From assembly GCA_965238075.1 (NCBI GenBank), contig OZ250173.1:1088001-1152000 (forward strand): a stretch of 64,000 nucleotides of DNA, given 5' to 3'. A model generated the notes under the pieces. The model did not search any database. It saw only the letters and a program-made list of their open reading frames with translations, and was not told where the DNA came from. Made by a program: the position numbers and the translations under genes. Below are positions 36,621 to 51,973 of the stretch, one piece after another. The stretch is from Candidatus Entotheonellaceae bacterium (lineage in GTDB: Bacteria; Tectomicrobia; Entotheonellia; Entotheonellales; Entotheonellaceae). The first letter of the stretch is position 1. Each line of letters opens with the position of its first letter.

Positions 36621-37802
36621 TTGAGAACGCAGGACACCCCGCACTTCGCACGCATTGACTGCCTTCCTCCATACGTTTTTGCCATCGTGGACGAACTCAA
36701 GCTCGCCGCCCGCCGTGACGGTGAGGACATCATCGACTTTGGCATGGGCAACCCCAGCGATCCGCCGCCGCAACCCGTCATCGACAAGTTGTGCGAGGCG
36801 GTCCGCAGGCCCCACAACCACCGCTATTCGGCCTCCCGCGGTATCGGCAAACTCCGCCTAGCCATCGCGGATTACTACCGCCGCCGGTTCGAGGTCGACG
36901 TCGATAGCGACGACAACGTGGTGGCGACCATCGGCGTCAAGGAGGGCTTTGCGCACCTCATGTGGGCCATCGTCAATCCCGGCGACGTGGTGCTGGTGCC
37001 GACCCCGGCCTACCCGATCCACATGTACGGCCCCGTGTTTGCCAACGGCGACATCCTGCCCGTGCCGTTTACTTCCCCGGCGCATCTGCTTGAAAGCCTC
37101 AAAGCAGTCTGCGAACGGCACCAACCACGCCCAAAAATTTTAGTCCTCAACTTCCCGCACAACCCGACGACGACGTGCGTCGATCTCGATTTTTTCACTC
37201 AGGTGGTGGATTTCGCCCGCCACATGGGGCTGATCGTGGTGCACGATTTCGCCTACGCCGATCTCGTCTTTGACGGCTACCAGGCACCCAGCCTGCTGCA
37301 GGCGCCAGGGGCCATGGAAGTCGGCATCGAATTTTTCTCGCTGTCGAAGAGCTTCAACATGCCCGGCTGGCGCGTCGGGTTTGCCCTGGGCAACCCGGAA
37401 CTGGTGGGGGCGCTGCGCAAGATCAAGAGCTATCTGGACTACGGAATTTTTCAGCCGATACAGATCGCCAGCACGGTGGCGTTGAATGAATTGGCGGAAG
37501 AGGCCAAAACCATCTGCGAGACATATTGCCAGCGGCGCAACACGCTCGTCGACGGGCTGCAGCGCATCGGCTGGCCGGTGGAGAACCCCGAGGGCACGAT
37601 GTTCGTGTGGGCCAGAATACCCGAAGCTTATCAAGCCATGGGCTCGCTGGAGTTCGCCAAACACGTGCTACGCCAGGCCAAAGTGGCGGTGGCCCCCGGC
37701 ATCGGGTTCGGCGAAGGCGGCGACGGTCACGTGCGCTTTGCGCTGGTGGAGAACGCCCACCGCACCCGCCAGGCCCTGCGCGGCCTGCGCACGCTGCTGT
37801 GA
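36621..37802 (+). CDS. alaC: AlaC-like PLP-dependent aminotransferase
   Basis: LPPYVF, DFGMGNP, NFPHNPT, HDFAY, SKSFNMPGWRVG, KSYLDYG. Confidence 0.8.
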   Translation: MRTQDTPHFARIDCLPPYVFAIVDELKLAARRDGEDIIDFGMGNPSDPPPQPVIDKLCEAVRRPHNHRYSASRGIGKLRLAIADYYRRRFEVDVDSDDNVVATIGVKEGFAHLMWAIVNPGDVVLVPTPAYPIHMYGPVFANGDILPVPFTSPAHLLESLKAVCERHQPRPKILVLNFPHNPTTTCVDLDFFTQVVDFARHMGLIVVHDFAYADLVFDGYQAPSLLQAPGAMEVGIEFFSLSKSFNMPGWRVGFALGNPELVGALRKIKSYLDYGIFQPIQIASTVALNELAEEAKTICETYCQRRNTLVDGLQRIGWPVENPEGTMFVWARIPEAYQAMGSLEFAKHVLRQAKVAVAPGIGFGEGGDGHVRFALVENAHRTRQALRGLRTLL

Positions 37803-37825
37803 ACGGTACGGGAGACGGGAAACCC

Positions 37826-39145
37826 ATGCAAACCATTCAGGTAGGACTCATCGGCCTGGGCAACGTCGGGGGCGGCGTGGCCACCATCCTGGCGCAGCAG
37901 GCCGAGTTGATCACGCAGCGGCTGGGCGCGCGCCTGATGCTAAAACGCGTCGCGCGGCGGCACCCCGAACACCCAATCGATGTGCCCTTATCGGCGAATC
38001 AGGTGACCGGCGACGCGCTGGCCGTCATCCACGATCCGGAAATCGACATTGTGGTCGAGTTGATGGGCGGCTACGAACCGGCACGCACGTACCTGCTGGA
38101 AGCCCTGCGAGCCGGCAAGCACGTGGTGACGGCCAACAAGGCGCTCCTGGCCGAACACGGACAGGAACTCTTCGAGGCGGCAGCCGCGGCGGGACGCGAC
38201 ATCGGCTTCGAGGCCAGCGTCGGCGGCGGCATTCCGGTAATCCGCACCATCAAGGAAGGCTTCGTCGCCAACCGCTTTGACGCCATCGCCAGCATCATCA
38301 ACGGCACCTGCAATTACATCCTGAGCCAGATGAGCGACGAAGACCTCGATTTTGCCGAGGCCCTGAAGGAGGCGCAAGCCTTGGGGTACGCCGAGGCCGA
38401 CCCGCATTTCGACATCGCGGGGATCGACGCCGCGCAGAAGATCGCTCTGCTCGCTTCGCTGGCCTTCGGTTCGTGGGTGCCGCACCAACAGGTCTACACC
38501 GAAGGCATCGACGGCCTCAGCCGGCAGGACATCGCCTATGCCCGCGAGTTGGGCTACCGCATCAAGCTATTGGCGCTCGCCAAAACGGCCGGCGGGCACC
38601 TTGACGTGCGCGTTCATCCGGCCTTCGTGGCTCTTGATAGTTGGTTGGCGCACGTCAACGGCGTCCACAACGCGGTGTCCATCCAGGGCAATGCCGTGGG
38701 CCGCAGCATGCTGATCGGGCGCGGCGCCGGGGCCATGCCGACGGGCAGCGCAGTGGTCGGTGACGTGGTGGACGTGGCGCGCAACATTCTGCAGGGCAGC
38801 AGTGGCCGGGTGCCGCCGCGTGCCTATCAGGAAAACAGCCTGCAGCAACTCCCGCTGCAAAAAATCGACGACGTCGTGTGCCGATACTACCTGCGGTTTC
38901 AGGTGCTCGATCAGCCCGGCACCCTGGCCGCCATCGCCGGCATCCTCGGCCAGCACGACATCAGCATCGAGTCGGTGCTGCAGAAGGGCCGGGCACACGC
39001 GCAGGGTACGCCGGTTTCCGTCGTCATGATGACGCACGAGGCGCGCGAGCAGAGCGTGCAACGGGCGCTTCAGGCGATTGCCAGCCTGCCGGCGGTGCAG
39101 GGCGAGACCATTCGTATCCGCGTCGAAGATGCCATGGAAACGTGA
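37826..39145 (+). CDS. hom: Homoserine dehydrogenase with ACT domain
   Basis: [33 protein letters not shown]-terminal ACT. Confidence 0.95.
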   Translation: MQTIQVGLIGLGNVGGGVATILAQQAELITQRLGARLMLKRVARRHPEHPIDVPLSANQVTGDALAVIHDPEIDIVVELMGGYEPARTYLLEALRAGKHVVTANKALLAEHGQELFEAAAAAGRDIGFEASVGGGIPVIRTIKEGFVANRFDAIASIINGTCNYILSQMSDEDLDFAEALKEAQALGYAEADPHFDIAGIDAAQKIALLASLAFGSWVPHQQVYTEGIDGLSRQDIAYARELGYRIKLLALAKTAGGHLDVRVHPAFVALDSWLAHVNGVHNAVSIQGNAVGRSMLIGRGAGAMPTGSAVVGDVVDVARNILQGSSGRVPPRAYQENSLQQLPLQKIDDVVCRYYLRFQVLDQPGTLAAIAGILGQHDISIESVLQKGRAHAQGTPVSVVMMTHEAREQSVQRALQAIASLPAVQGETIRIRVEDAMET

Positions 39146-39149
39146 CGGC

Positions 39150-40392
39150 ATGGCGGCGGCGGAACTTGTCGTACAGAAATACGGCGGTACCTCGGTAGGG
39201 AACGTGGACCGCATCCGGGCGCTTGCTGAGCGCGTGCGGCGCGTGCGGCAAGCCGGGAGCCGCGTCGTGGTGGTGGTATCGGCCATGGCCGGCGAGACCG
39301 ACCGCCTGCTCGGCCTGGCGCAGGAAGTCACCGCGATGCCGGCGGCACGCGAAGTCGATATGCTCCTCGCCACCGGCGAAATGGTGTCCATTGCCCTGGT
39401 CGCCATGGCCCTGCAAGAGGCCGGCTGCGTAGCCCGATCCTTCACCGGCATGCAGGGTGGCATCATCACTGATGGCGCCCACACGCACGCACGCATCCGC
39501 AGCATCACCACCACACGCCTGCAGCGGGTTCTGTCTGCGGGTGTCATCCCGGTAGTCGCCGGTTTTCAGGGCATCAGCGAAAGTGAGGAACTCACCACCC
39601 TGGGGCGCGGCGGCTCCGACCTCACTGCGGTGGCCTTGGCCGCGGCCCTCAAGGCTGACAGTTGCGAAATTTATACCGACGTGGACGGGGTTTACACCGC
39701 CGACCCGAATCTGGTGCCGCAGGCCCGCCGCCTGGACCGCGTTTCCTACGACGAAATGCTCGAAATGGCGCGCCTGGGCGCCAAAGTGCTGCAGGCCCGT
39801 GCCGTCGAGTTCGCCAAGGCGCACAACGTGCCTCTGCGAGTCAAATCCTCATTTGCCGAAGGAAGCGGGACATTGGTCACCAAACCCGACCAGGATATGG
39901 AACGCGTCGTCGTTACCGGCGTGACGGCGGACAGCAACCAGGCCAAGATCACCCTGACCCGCCTGCCGGACCGGCCCGGCATCGCCGGCAGCCTGTTCGG
40001 GCGCATCGCCGAGGCCGGTATCGTGGTGGACATGATCATTCAAAACGCCAGCGAGGGTGGCCTGACGGATATTTCGTTCACGGTGGCGCGCGCCGACGCT
40101 CAGCAAACCCTGGCCATCGCCCGCCAGAGCCTGGCGGAAATCGGCGCCGACAGCGTTACCCTGGAAAGCGGCATCGCCAAGGTGTCGATCGTCGGCGTCG
40201 GCATGCAGAGCCATGCCGGCGTGGCGGCGCGCATGTTCCGCGCCTTGGCGGCGGAGAACATCAACATCGTGATGATCAGCACCTCCGAAATCAAAATTTC
40301 GTGTGTCATCGACGACAAATACGCCGAGTTGGCGGTGCGAGTTCTGCACGCGGCATTCCAACTCGACAACCCCGATGCACTTGGGAGTCGTA

Positions 40393-40400
<8 letters not shown>
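39150..40400 (+). CDS. lysC: Aspartate kinase
   Basis: [33 protein letters not shown], two ACT domains. Confidence 0.95.
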
Positions 40401-43044
<2,644 letters not shown>

Positions 43045-43087
43045 GGGATGCGAACAGGTTCCATGGGAATCGCCGATGCTTCCATAT

Positions 43088-43191
43088 TGTCATGTCGGCG
43101 CAAGCCGGAATCCAGCGACCTTGGATGCAGGCCGGGGCGAGCTCTTGGTTACCAGAAAACCTCGTGGACTCCGGCTTTCGCCGGGGTGACG
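43088..43191. repeat. Inverted pair of CGTC-type REP-like palindromes
   Basis: TGTCATGTCGGCGCAAGCCGGAATCCA (43088-43114) and, on the minus strand, CGTCACCCCGGCGAAAGCCGGAGTCCA (43165-43191). Confidence 0.75.
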
Positions 43192-43217
43192 TCGGAAATC
43201 CACAGGGCCCGTCCGGC

Positions 43218-44371
43218 ATGACGATTGATGCGGACGCCGGCAGGCGTCATATGCAGAGCGCCCTGGAATTGGCCGCGGGCGGCACGGGTTGGGTCAGCCC
43301 CAACCCGCTGGTGGGGTGCGTCATTGTCAATGACGATGAGGTCGTCGGACGGGGATACCACCAGCGTTTTGGCGGCCCGCACGCCGAGGTGTATGCCCTG
43401 CGCGAGGCCGGCAGCCGAGCCCGGGGGGCGGTGCTCTACGTCACGCTGGAACCGTGTTGCCACACGGGCAAGACACCGCCGTGTGTCGATGCCGTTCTGC
43501 AGGCACAGGTCGGGCGGGTGGTGGTGGCCATGCGGGACCCGAATCCACGAGTTGACGGTGGTGGCCTTTCCCGGCTTGAAAGCGCCGGTATTGATGTTAC
43601 CGTTGGCGTCTGCGAAGCCGAGGCCCGACGGCTCAACGAAGCCTTCATCAAGCATATCACCACACGGCGGCCTTTTGTCACCAGCAAGAGCGCCATCACC
43701 CTGGACGGCAAAATCGCCACACGTAGCGGCGCCTCGCGCTGGATTACCGGCGAGGCGGCGCGCGCCGCCGGACACCAATTGCGGCACGCCAACGATGCGA
43801 TTCTGGTGGGCATCGGCACCGTCTTGCAGGACGATCCGCAGCTCACCACGCGCCTGCCGGAACAGCGCGGCGCCAACCCGCTGCGCATCGTCGTTGACAG
43901 CACCCTGCGGCTTCCCCCGCGGGCGCAGGTGACGGCCGTAGCGGAGGACCGGCGCACCCTGATTGTTACTACCGATCAGGCTGCTGATGCCAAGGTACAG
44001 GCTATGCGGCAACGCGGCGTGGAGGTGATTTGCCTGCCGGATTGCGGCGATGGCCGGGTGAATTTGGATGCTCTGTGCACGGTTCTCGGCAAGCGCGGTG
44101 TCAACAGCGTGCTTGTGGAGGGCGGCGCGCTACTGACAGCGGCCTTGCTAGAGCGGCGTCTGGTTGACAAAATGGTGTTTTTCGTGGCGCCAAAGATCAT
44201 CGGCGGCGACGGCGTCAGTGTTTTCGGACCGTGCGGGGTCGATACCATGGAACAGGTCTTGTCATTGCGGGACCTTACGAGCCGGCAGATCGGCGACGAT
44301 GTCATGCTGGAAGCCTATCCGGCGTGGGCCACGTGTTCGCTCGAGTCTGACAGGATGAAGGAGAGCACGCG

Positions 44372-44375
<4 letters not shown>
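43218..44375 (+). CDS. ribD: Riboflavin biosynthesis deaminase/reductase RibD
   Basis: [33 protein letters not shown]. Confidence 0.95.
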
Positions 44376-45625
<1,250 letters not shown>

Positions 45626-45679
45626 CCGCCAGCGCCGCGCGTGCCGGTGCGTGTGACAGCCAAGGAGAAGGAAATCGCC

Positions 45680-46180
45680 ATGCCCCGTTTTGTCGAAGGC
45701 CACCTGTCCGCCGCCGGCCTGGAGTTCGCCATTATCGTCAGCCGGTTTAACGAGTTCATTACCGAGCGCCTGCTCGACGGCGCCATGGATGCCCTGGCTC
45801 GGCACGGCGCCAGCGACGAGGCGATCACGGTGTACCGGGTGCCGGGCTCGTTCGAGGTGCCCCTGATGGCGCGCAAACTGGTCGATAGCGGGCGCGCCGG
45901 TGACGCCGTCATTTGCCTCGGCACGCTGATTCGGGGAGCCACGCCGCATTTTGACTACATCGCTGCCGCGGCGGCCAACGGTATCGCCAATACGGCCCTG
46001 AACAGTGGCGTGCCGGTAAGTTTCGGAGTGCTGACCACCGATACGCTGGAGCAGGCAATCGAGCGCGCCGGCAGCAAGGCCGGGAATAAAGGCTGGGAGG
46101 CAGCCGTTTCGGCCATGGAAATGGCGAACCTGTATCGCCAGCTGCACGCCACAGCGAGCGGTAGCGAGCGTATTAGCTGA
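45680..46180 (+). CDS. ribH: Lumazine synthase
   Basis: [34 protein letters not shown]. Confidence 0.96.
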   Translation: MPRFVEGHLSAAGLEFAIIVSRFNEFITERLLDGAMDALARHGASDEAITVYRVPGSFEVPLMARKLVDSGRAGDAVICLGTLIRGATPHFDYIAAAAANGIANTALNSGVPVSFGVLTTDTLEQAIERAGSKAGNKGWEAAVSAMEMANLYRQLHATASGSERIS

Positions 46181-46205
46181 TCCGCTGCGAGCGCAGCGAG
46201 CAACG
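46148..46205 (+). repeat. Double GA-hairpin repeat spanning the ribH stop codon
   Basis: GCCACAGCGAGCGGTAGCGAGCGTATTAGC...TGCGAGCGCAGCGAGCA; homolog of 33671-33731. Confidence 0.7.
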
Positions 46206-46215
46206 GAGTCTCGAA

Positions 46216-46674
46216 ATGGCCACACGACGCCGAGGACGAGAGGCGGCCTTGCAACTTCTGTACGCGGTCGAGATCACCCACGCGGACGTGGAGGCTGTGC
46301 TGGCCAGTCCATGGGCGCATGCGCTCACGGCGGCGCGTACGCGGGAATTCACCGGTGTTTTGCTGCGCGGCGTGATCGCCAGCCGTGACGAGATCGACGC
46401 CCTCATCCGGGAATGGAGCGCCAACTGGTCGCTCGAGCGCATCGGCCTGGTGGAGCGCAACATCCTGCGGTTTGCCATCTACGAGCTGCTGTTCATGCCG
46501 GAAATTCCCCCCAACGTGACCATCAATGAGGCCATCGAGGTGGCCAAGCGCTACGGCGCCGACGACGCGCCATCCTTCATCAACGGCATTCTCGACCGCA
46601 TCAAGAATCAAGTGGCGCCGTCCGAAGACGCCCCGGTTGCCGCTTCCGATCCCGTTTCCAGTCCTCCCGCATAA
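46216..46674 (+). CDS. nusB: Transcription antitermination factor NusB
   Basis: RRRGREAALQLLY, ERNILR, INEAIEVAKRYG, FINGILD. Confidence 0.95.
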   Translation: MATRRRGREAALQLLYAVEITHADVEAVLASPWAHALTAARTREFTGVLLRGVIASRDEIDALIREWSANWSLERIGLVERNILRFAIYELLFMPEIPPNVTINEAIEVAKRYGADDAPSFINGILDRIKNQVAPSEDAPVAASDPVSSPPA

Positions 46675-46736
46675 CGCCCGCGCCGGTCGGCGGCCTTCTC
46701 GCCTATTGACTTTTCGCCCTTCCACGAGGTGCCACC

Positions 46737-48791
46737 ATGCGCCTGCCCTGGCTTCAAAGCTTGCTAACAAGAGGCCGCCGTACGCGCCACAAGCCGCTGC
46801 TGCGGGTGCCGTTCATCGGTCGGGAAGCGGTGCTGGCCGAGCTGGACGCCGGTTTGCGACTGGCGACCCAGGGCAGGCAGGTATTCGTGGTGCTGCAGGG
46901 GCCGGCGGGGAGTGGCAAATCTGCGCTGCTGGAGGAATTCGTGGCGCGGCGCTGTCAGCCGTCCGAGGTGCTGCTGGTGCAGGTGAATGCGGCGGATTGC
47001 CTGCTGGCGCAAGACGTGTTCGCCTCGCTGCTTGCCGCCTTGCGGGCAAGAAGCCAGCAGATTGTGCAGAAGGCATATCGCGACACCAGGCGTCTGCGCA
47101 GTCTGAAGGGACTGAACTGGGACGATGCGGACTTCACCCGCATGGTTGCCGGGACGGACAGGGCAGAGTCAGGACAGAGCGCGGCGCCGTTGGCGAGCCT
47201 GTTGGCGCGTGTGCGGCAGCACCCTTGGGCGGTCGGCTCGGCAACGGCGCTGGAAGGTCTGAATCGCGCGGGCGATGCGGCATTGCGGGATCCGCAACGG
47301 AGCTGGACGGACCTGATCGTGTCGATGCGCGATCGCATGGAAGCGGTCAAAGCGGTGCTGGTCGTGGTGATCGATCAGGTGGATGGGGGATGGGATTTAC
47401 CGGCGGGCATAGTACAGGCCGAGCCTGTCCATGCGGCTTGGGCGTCTTTCGTCGAGGCACTGAATCGAGCTCGCATGCCGGTGCTGGTCGTATGGGCCGG
47501 GCCTGCCGAGGCCGTTGAACCCATTCGGCAAGCGCTGTCGGAGGGGACTACGCTGACAACCTGCACCCTCGAACCTCTGGCCGGTGAGGAGCGGAAACGC
47601 CTGCACCAGCAGTTGGCGCGTTGCCTGTCGAGCGCCGTCCGGACGCCTTGGCGGGAGGCGCTTAGCGAGGTACGCGACGCCCATGCACTGGCCTGGCCTT
47701 TTCTTGCGGCGGCCGCCGCGGTGGCGGAGGACGCCGCGGCGCAAACGGTGCGCGACCTCGTTCGAGACGACACCGACGCCCTCGTGGGCCGCATCATGCG
47801 GCGCATTGCCCGCGACTATTCCGACGCCGCGCCGCTGTGGCATGAGCTTCTGGAAGCCTGGGCATTCCTGCCGCCGGGCAAACAGGTTGGCGTTGAAGAG
47901 TTCATGATCCGCTGCAGCGATGAAGCCTCGCCGCCCGACCCCGCCGCCCTTCGCGCCGGCATTGAAAAGCTGCTGGGGCAAGGCGTGCGCTACGGCTTGT
48001 TGCACCACGATCCCTACAGCATGCGGTACACGACGGGTCACACGGGCCTCCAGGCATCGTTGCAATCGTTTCTGCATCCCGATCCGACTGCCCGGCGGCA
48101 ACGGGCGAGGCTCCGGCGCCTCGCCGCCGCCATTCTTTCGCATGTGTATGAAGGTCAGCGCGCCCGGCTCCCGGCTCTGGCCGGGCTCGTGGACGGGATT
48201 CCACTGGCCGATGACGACCTGTGGAACGTCGCGCTGCTGACGCCTTTTCACCGCCTGCTGGCGACCTGCGGGATTGTCGAACGGCAGCGCATGGCAATGG
48301 CCCTGGGCGGCTTCTCGACTCCGTTGGCGGTGCCGCTTCTGCGCTTCATGCTGCACGACGCCGAGGGGAGAGTCCGCAGCGCCGCAGTGCAATCCCTGGC
48401 CGACGTCGCCCTGCCGCAAACGGCCGCGGTGCTGATCGAAGCACTGGCCGACGGCAACAGTGACGTGCGCTGGATTGCCACCTGCGCCCTCGGCAACTTG
48501 GCCGGGGCCGACGTGGTGCACGCACTGATTCCCATGCTGATCGACGAAGACAAGGAAGTTGGCCGCATTGCCGCTGAGGCGCTGGGCCGCCAGGGCGACC
48601 GCCGCGCCGTGCCGCATCTCATCGCGGCCCTGCGCGAGCACTACCCGTTGCTACGCGAGAGCGCCGCCCTGGCCCTCGGCCACTTGGCGGACGAGCGTGC
48701 TGTGTCCGCGCTTCGCGATCTGCTGGGTGACGGTAACCCGCAGGTGCGCCGCAGTGCCGAGCGCGCCCTCAGCCGTTTCGGCACATCCTGA
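46737..48791 (+). CDS. P-loop ATPase (AAA/STAND-like) with C-terminal HEAT/PBS repeats
   Basis: FIGREAVL, Walker A GPAGSGKS, Walker B-like VVVIDQVD; about five LxDxxxxVRxxAxxAL repeats. Confidence 0.8.
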   Translation: MRLPWLQSLLTRGRRTRHKPLLRVPFIGREAVLAELDAGLRLATQGRQVFVVLQGPAGSGKSALLEEFVARRCQPSEVLLVQVNAADCLLAQDVFASLLAALRARSQQIVQKAYRDTRRLRSLKGLNWDDADFTRMVAGTDRAESGQSAAPLASLLARVRQHPWAVGSATALEGLNRAGDAALRDPQRSWTDLIVSMRDRMEAVKAVLVVVIDQVDGGWDLPAGIVQAEPVHAAWASFVEALNRARMPVLVVWAGPAEAVEPIRQALSEGTTLTTCTLEPLAGEERKRLHQQLARCLSSAVRTPWREALSEVRDAHALAWPFLAAAAAVAEDAAAQTVRDLVRDDTDALVGRIMRRIARDYSDAAPLWHELLEAWAFLPPGKQVGVEEFMIRCSDEASPPDPAALRAGIEKLLGQGVRYGLLHHDPYSMRYTTGHTGLQASLQSFLHPDPTARRQRARLRRLAAAILSHVYEGQRARLPALAGLVDGIPLADDDLWNVALLTPFHRLLATCGIVERQRMAMALGGFSTPLAVPLLRFMLHDAEGRVRSAAVQSLADVALPQTAAVLIEALADGNSDVRWIATCALGNLAGADVVHALIPMLIDEDKEVGRIAAEALGRQGDRRAVPHLIAALREHYPLLRESAALALGHLADERAVSALRDLLGDGNPQVRRSAERALSRFGTS

Positions 48792-49176
48792 GGCCTCGTC
48801 CCGCACCCGCTGGAAAGAACGTACCAGCTTCGCCCAATCCCAAGACATAATGGTCAAATACCTCTCAGACACCAGCCAGGGCGTCCCCCTTGCGAGACTC
48901 ACCAGCATGGAGACCGGATGGCTAGAAAGCTCCTGACTTTGTGCTATATTTGCCGGGAGCCGTATTGATCTTTATCGCGGCATACTTCCTGGAAGATTCA
49001 AACGACAATGCCTGATAACGGATTTGAATGGCCCGGCATCTTTGCCTTCATTGAGTAAGGTCTCATCTGCCTGTGGGCCTACCTGTACGATCACAAACAC
49101 CGAGCCAGTAAGTAACCTGCCTACTGATACCCCACCTCCACCTGCCGATTACCTGAGCAGGCCGCAGAGGACAGCC

Positions 49177-49749
49177 ATGGCTGAACGAGATGCCATAAGC
49201 CGCCAACAGGAATTCGAAGACGTCGCCCTTGAGCACTTCGACGTGCTCTACAGCACCGCCATGCGCCTGACCCGCAACGTCCATGAGGCCCAGGACTTGG
49301 TTCAGGAGACCTACCTCAAGGCGTATCGCTTCTTTGATCGTTTCGAACCTGGAACAAATATCAAGGCGTGGTTGTTCACAATTCTACGGAACACACACAT
49401 CAATACCTATCGAAAAGCCTCGCGGCAGCAGGAGCAGACGGATTTTGAACGTGTCGAGCCCTTCTATGCCGACCCGACCCTGTTCCCCGAATGGAGCGAT
49501 CAAGCCTCCCTGGAAGAGGTGCTGCGGCACGTCGTTCAAGACGACGTTAAACGCGCCTTGGACGCGCTCCCCGAGGTCTATCGCATGGTCGTCTTGTTGG
49601 CCGACATGGCCGAATTTTCGTACAAGGAAATCGCCGCCATCATCGACTGCCCGGAAGGAACGGTGATGAGCCGTCTGTTTCGCGGGCGACGGCTGCTGCG
49701 AAAGAGTCTCGCGGAGTTCGCGCGCAATAACGGATACGTTAAGGAATAA
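49177..49749 (+). CDS. ECF sigma factor (SigH/SigR-like)
   Basis: AQDLVQETYLKAY, NIKAWLFTILRN, FSYKEIA...GTVMSRLFRGR. Confidence 0.92.
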   Translation: MAERDAISRQQEFEDVALEHFDVLYSTAMRLTRNVHEAQDLVQETYLKAYRFFDRFEPGTNIKAWLFTILRNTHINTYRKASRQQEQTDFERVEPFYADPTLFPEWSDQASLEEVLRHVVQDDVKRALDALPEVYRMVVLLADMAEFSYKEIAAIIDCPEGTVMSRLFRGRRLLRKSLAEFARNNGYVKE

Positions 49750-49752
49750 GCC

Positions 49753-50628
49753 ATGTTGTCTTGTGAGCAATGTAGGAAATATCTGGCGTTTTTTCTCGAT
49801 CAGGCACTGGGGGTAAAGGAAAGCCTGGACGTGCAGGAGCACCTGCAGGAATGCCCCGAATGCACCGATCTGGTTGCGGCTGAGCGTGCCGTGCGGGCCG
49901 TGGTCCGCCGGCAGGCTGCGACGGCGCCCCTGCCGCAGGCGGAAAAACAGCTGCTGATCCGGCGCGCCACGCAACAGCGCAGGCATCGCTGGCCGCAGTT
50001 GGCGATGTTGCGCGAGGCGGTGCAGTGGCGGGACGTCGGCCTTGGCGCAGCGCTGGCCACAGCCATGCTGCTGGTGTTCCTGAACCCGGTGCGCGACCTG
50101 TTAAGCGGGGACAACGCGGTGCACAAATTCGTGCACGAGACCGCCATGGCGTATCACACCTATCTGGACCAGGACGTACCCATGGAAGTCAAGACAAGTG
50201 ACGACGGCCAACTCATTCGGTGGGCCAACGACGTCATCGGCCATTCCTTGAACGTGCCGTGCATTACCGACAAAGCCGCGCAGTTGGTGGGAGGCCGCCT
50301 GTGCCGACTACGGAACCGCAAGGGCTTGGCGATGAAGTACAGGCACGAGGGCTCGGACCTGCTGGTGTTCGCTTTCCGGGATGCCGCCCTGTCGCTCCCT
50401 GCCCGGCGCATGACACCGACCGAGGGCGGCAGGTTCTACGTACAGCACGTCGCCGGGCGCCCGGTTATTTTGTGGCAGCGCGCCGGCGTAACCTATTCAA
50501 TGATCGGCGACATCGACCGCCAAGCCCTGCTGCGGGTGGCCGGCTCCGTCAGGTACCTGCATGCGGAGGACGCCACCCGGAACGTTACGCTGATAAGGTC
50601 GCCCTTTACGACGACCTCAGGGCAGTGA
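49753..50628 (+). CDS. Membrane-anchored zinc-binding anti-sigma factor
   Basis: HLQECPEC ZAS motif, one TM, periplasmic LVGGRLC region; adjacent to ECF sigma. Confidence 0.88.
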   Translation: MLSCEQCRKYLAFFLDQALGVKESLDVQEHLQECPECTDLVAAERAVRAVVRRQAATAPLPQAEKQLLIRRATQQRRHRWPQLAMLREAVQWRDVGLGAALATAMLLVFLNPVRDLLSGDNAVHKFVHETAMAYHTYLDQDVPMEVKTSDDGQLIRWANDVIGHSLNVPCITDKAAQLVGGRLCRLRNRKGLAMKYRHEGSDLLVFAFRDAALSLPARRMTPTEGGRFYVQHVAGRPVILWQRAGVTYSMIGDIDRQALLRVAGSVRYLHAEDATRNVTLIRSPFTTTSGQ

Positions 50629-50944
50629 TCAGTCAGGCGCGTCGACACGCGGAGGCCACAATCAAATCGATCAACGCGCCATAGCCAATCCCCGCCAGCC
50701 GACACAAAATGGGCAAGTCCGAGTGCCTCGGATGCAGCCCTGCCAGTGGACTGACCTCCAGAAATTGAGGCCGCTTGTATCCAGCGCAGATTCACCCGCC
50801 GCGCCTCCCGGTCCGCGCCCCGCAACCCCTCGTCGATGCTGAGGACCATCCCCCACCGCGCGTTTTGCCTTTTGCCGGTCCGTGTGATAAGGTCGCCGCC
50901 CATAAATTGAGAGATACATTGAGGTTACGGATAGGAAATCAGCC

Positions 50945-51973
50945 ATGATGAGAGCAGGCATCCGGGCGGTCGTCGAGGGGAGGCATCTCTCCGAAGCGGA
51001 AGCCATAGGGGTGATGACCGAGATCATGGAGGGGGCGGCAACGCCGGCGCAGATTGCCGCCTTTCTGATCGGCCTGCGGGTGAAGGGCGAGAGCATCTCG
51101 GAGATCACCGGCTGCGCCCGGGTGATGCGGGACAAGGCGACGTTTATCCGCACCCCGGCGGGCAGCACGCCGGTGGATACCGCGGGCACGGGCGGCGACG
51201 CCGCGGGCACGTTCAACATTTCGACGGCGGCGGCGTTCGTAGCCGCGGGCGCCGGGGTGATCATGGCCAAACACGGCAACCGGGCAGCTTCCAGCAAGTG
51301 CGGCAGCGCCGACGTACTGGAGGCACTGGGCGTCGACGTGTCGCTCGAACCCGCCGGCGTGGAGGCGGCCATCGCCGAGGTGGGCATCGGCTTTCTGTTC
51401 GCCCCGGCGCTCCATGGTGCCATGCGGCATGCCATCGGCCCGCGACGAGAAATCGGCGTACGGACAATCTTCAACATTCTTGGCCCCCTGACCAATCCGG
51501 CCCACGCCCGGCACCAGTTGGTGGGGGTGTACGACAGCAAGCTGACCCCGGTACTGGCCGCGGTGCTGCACAACCTTGGCGCTGAGCGCGCCTTCGTGGT
51601 GCACGGCAGCGACGGCCTGGACGAGTTGACCACGACCGGTGCCACGATAGTCTCGGAACTGCGCAGCGGCGAGGTGCATACCTACGAGGTGCGCCCGGAA
51701 GATTTCGGTGTGACGCGCGCCCGTCCTACCGACCTGCAGGGCGGTGAGGCCGCTCACAATGCTGACCTGGTGAAGCGGATTTTCGGCGACGAGGCATCAC
51801 CGCAGCGCGACATCGTGCTGCTGAACGCCGCCGCCGCGATTGCCGCCGGCACCGCCGATCAGAGTATCGCCGACTGCTTGCCGCAGGCGCGCGAATCCCT
51901 CGAAAGCGGCCGCGCCCTCGCCAAGCTCGAACAATTGCGGGAGTTTACCCAACAATGGTCGCCGACATCCTAG
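50945..51973 (+). CDS. trpD: Anthranilate phosphoribosyltransferase
   Basis: DTAGTGGD, NISTA, KHGNRAASS, RTIFNILGPLTNP, GLDE. Confidence 0.96.
   Translation: MMRAGIRAVVEGRHLSEAEAIGVMTEIMEGAATPAQIAAFLIGLRVKGESISEITGCARVMRDKATFIRTPAGSTPVDTAGTGGDAAGTFNISTAAAFVAAGAGVIMAKHGNRAASSKCGSADVLEALGVDVSLEPAGVEAAIAEVGIGFLFAPALHGAMRHAIGPRREIGVRTIFNILGPLTNPAHARHQLVGVYDSKLTPVLAAVLHNLGAERAFVVHGSDGLDELTTTGATIVSELRSGEVHTYEVRPEDFGVTRARPTDLQGGEAAHNADLVKRIFGDEASPQRDIVLLNAAAAIAAGTADQSIADCLPQARESLESGRALAKLEQLREFTQQWSPTS

Noticed and set aside
37526-37825. N-terminal extension of homoserine dehydrogenase
   Set aside because: Overlaps alaC in another frame; true start is ATG 37826
43045-43217. FMN riboswitch upstream of ribD
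   Set aside because: No AGGGCGGGGTGAAATTCCC-like core; the gap is explained by the REP pair
50629-50944. trp attenuator or T-box upstream of trpD
   Set aside because: No Trp-rich leader peptide, T-box consensus or clear terminator found by eye
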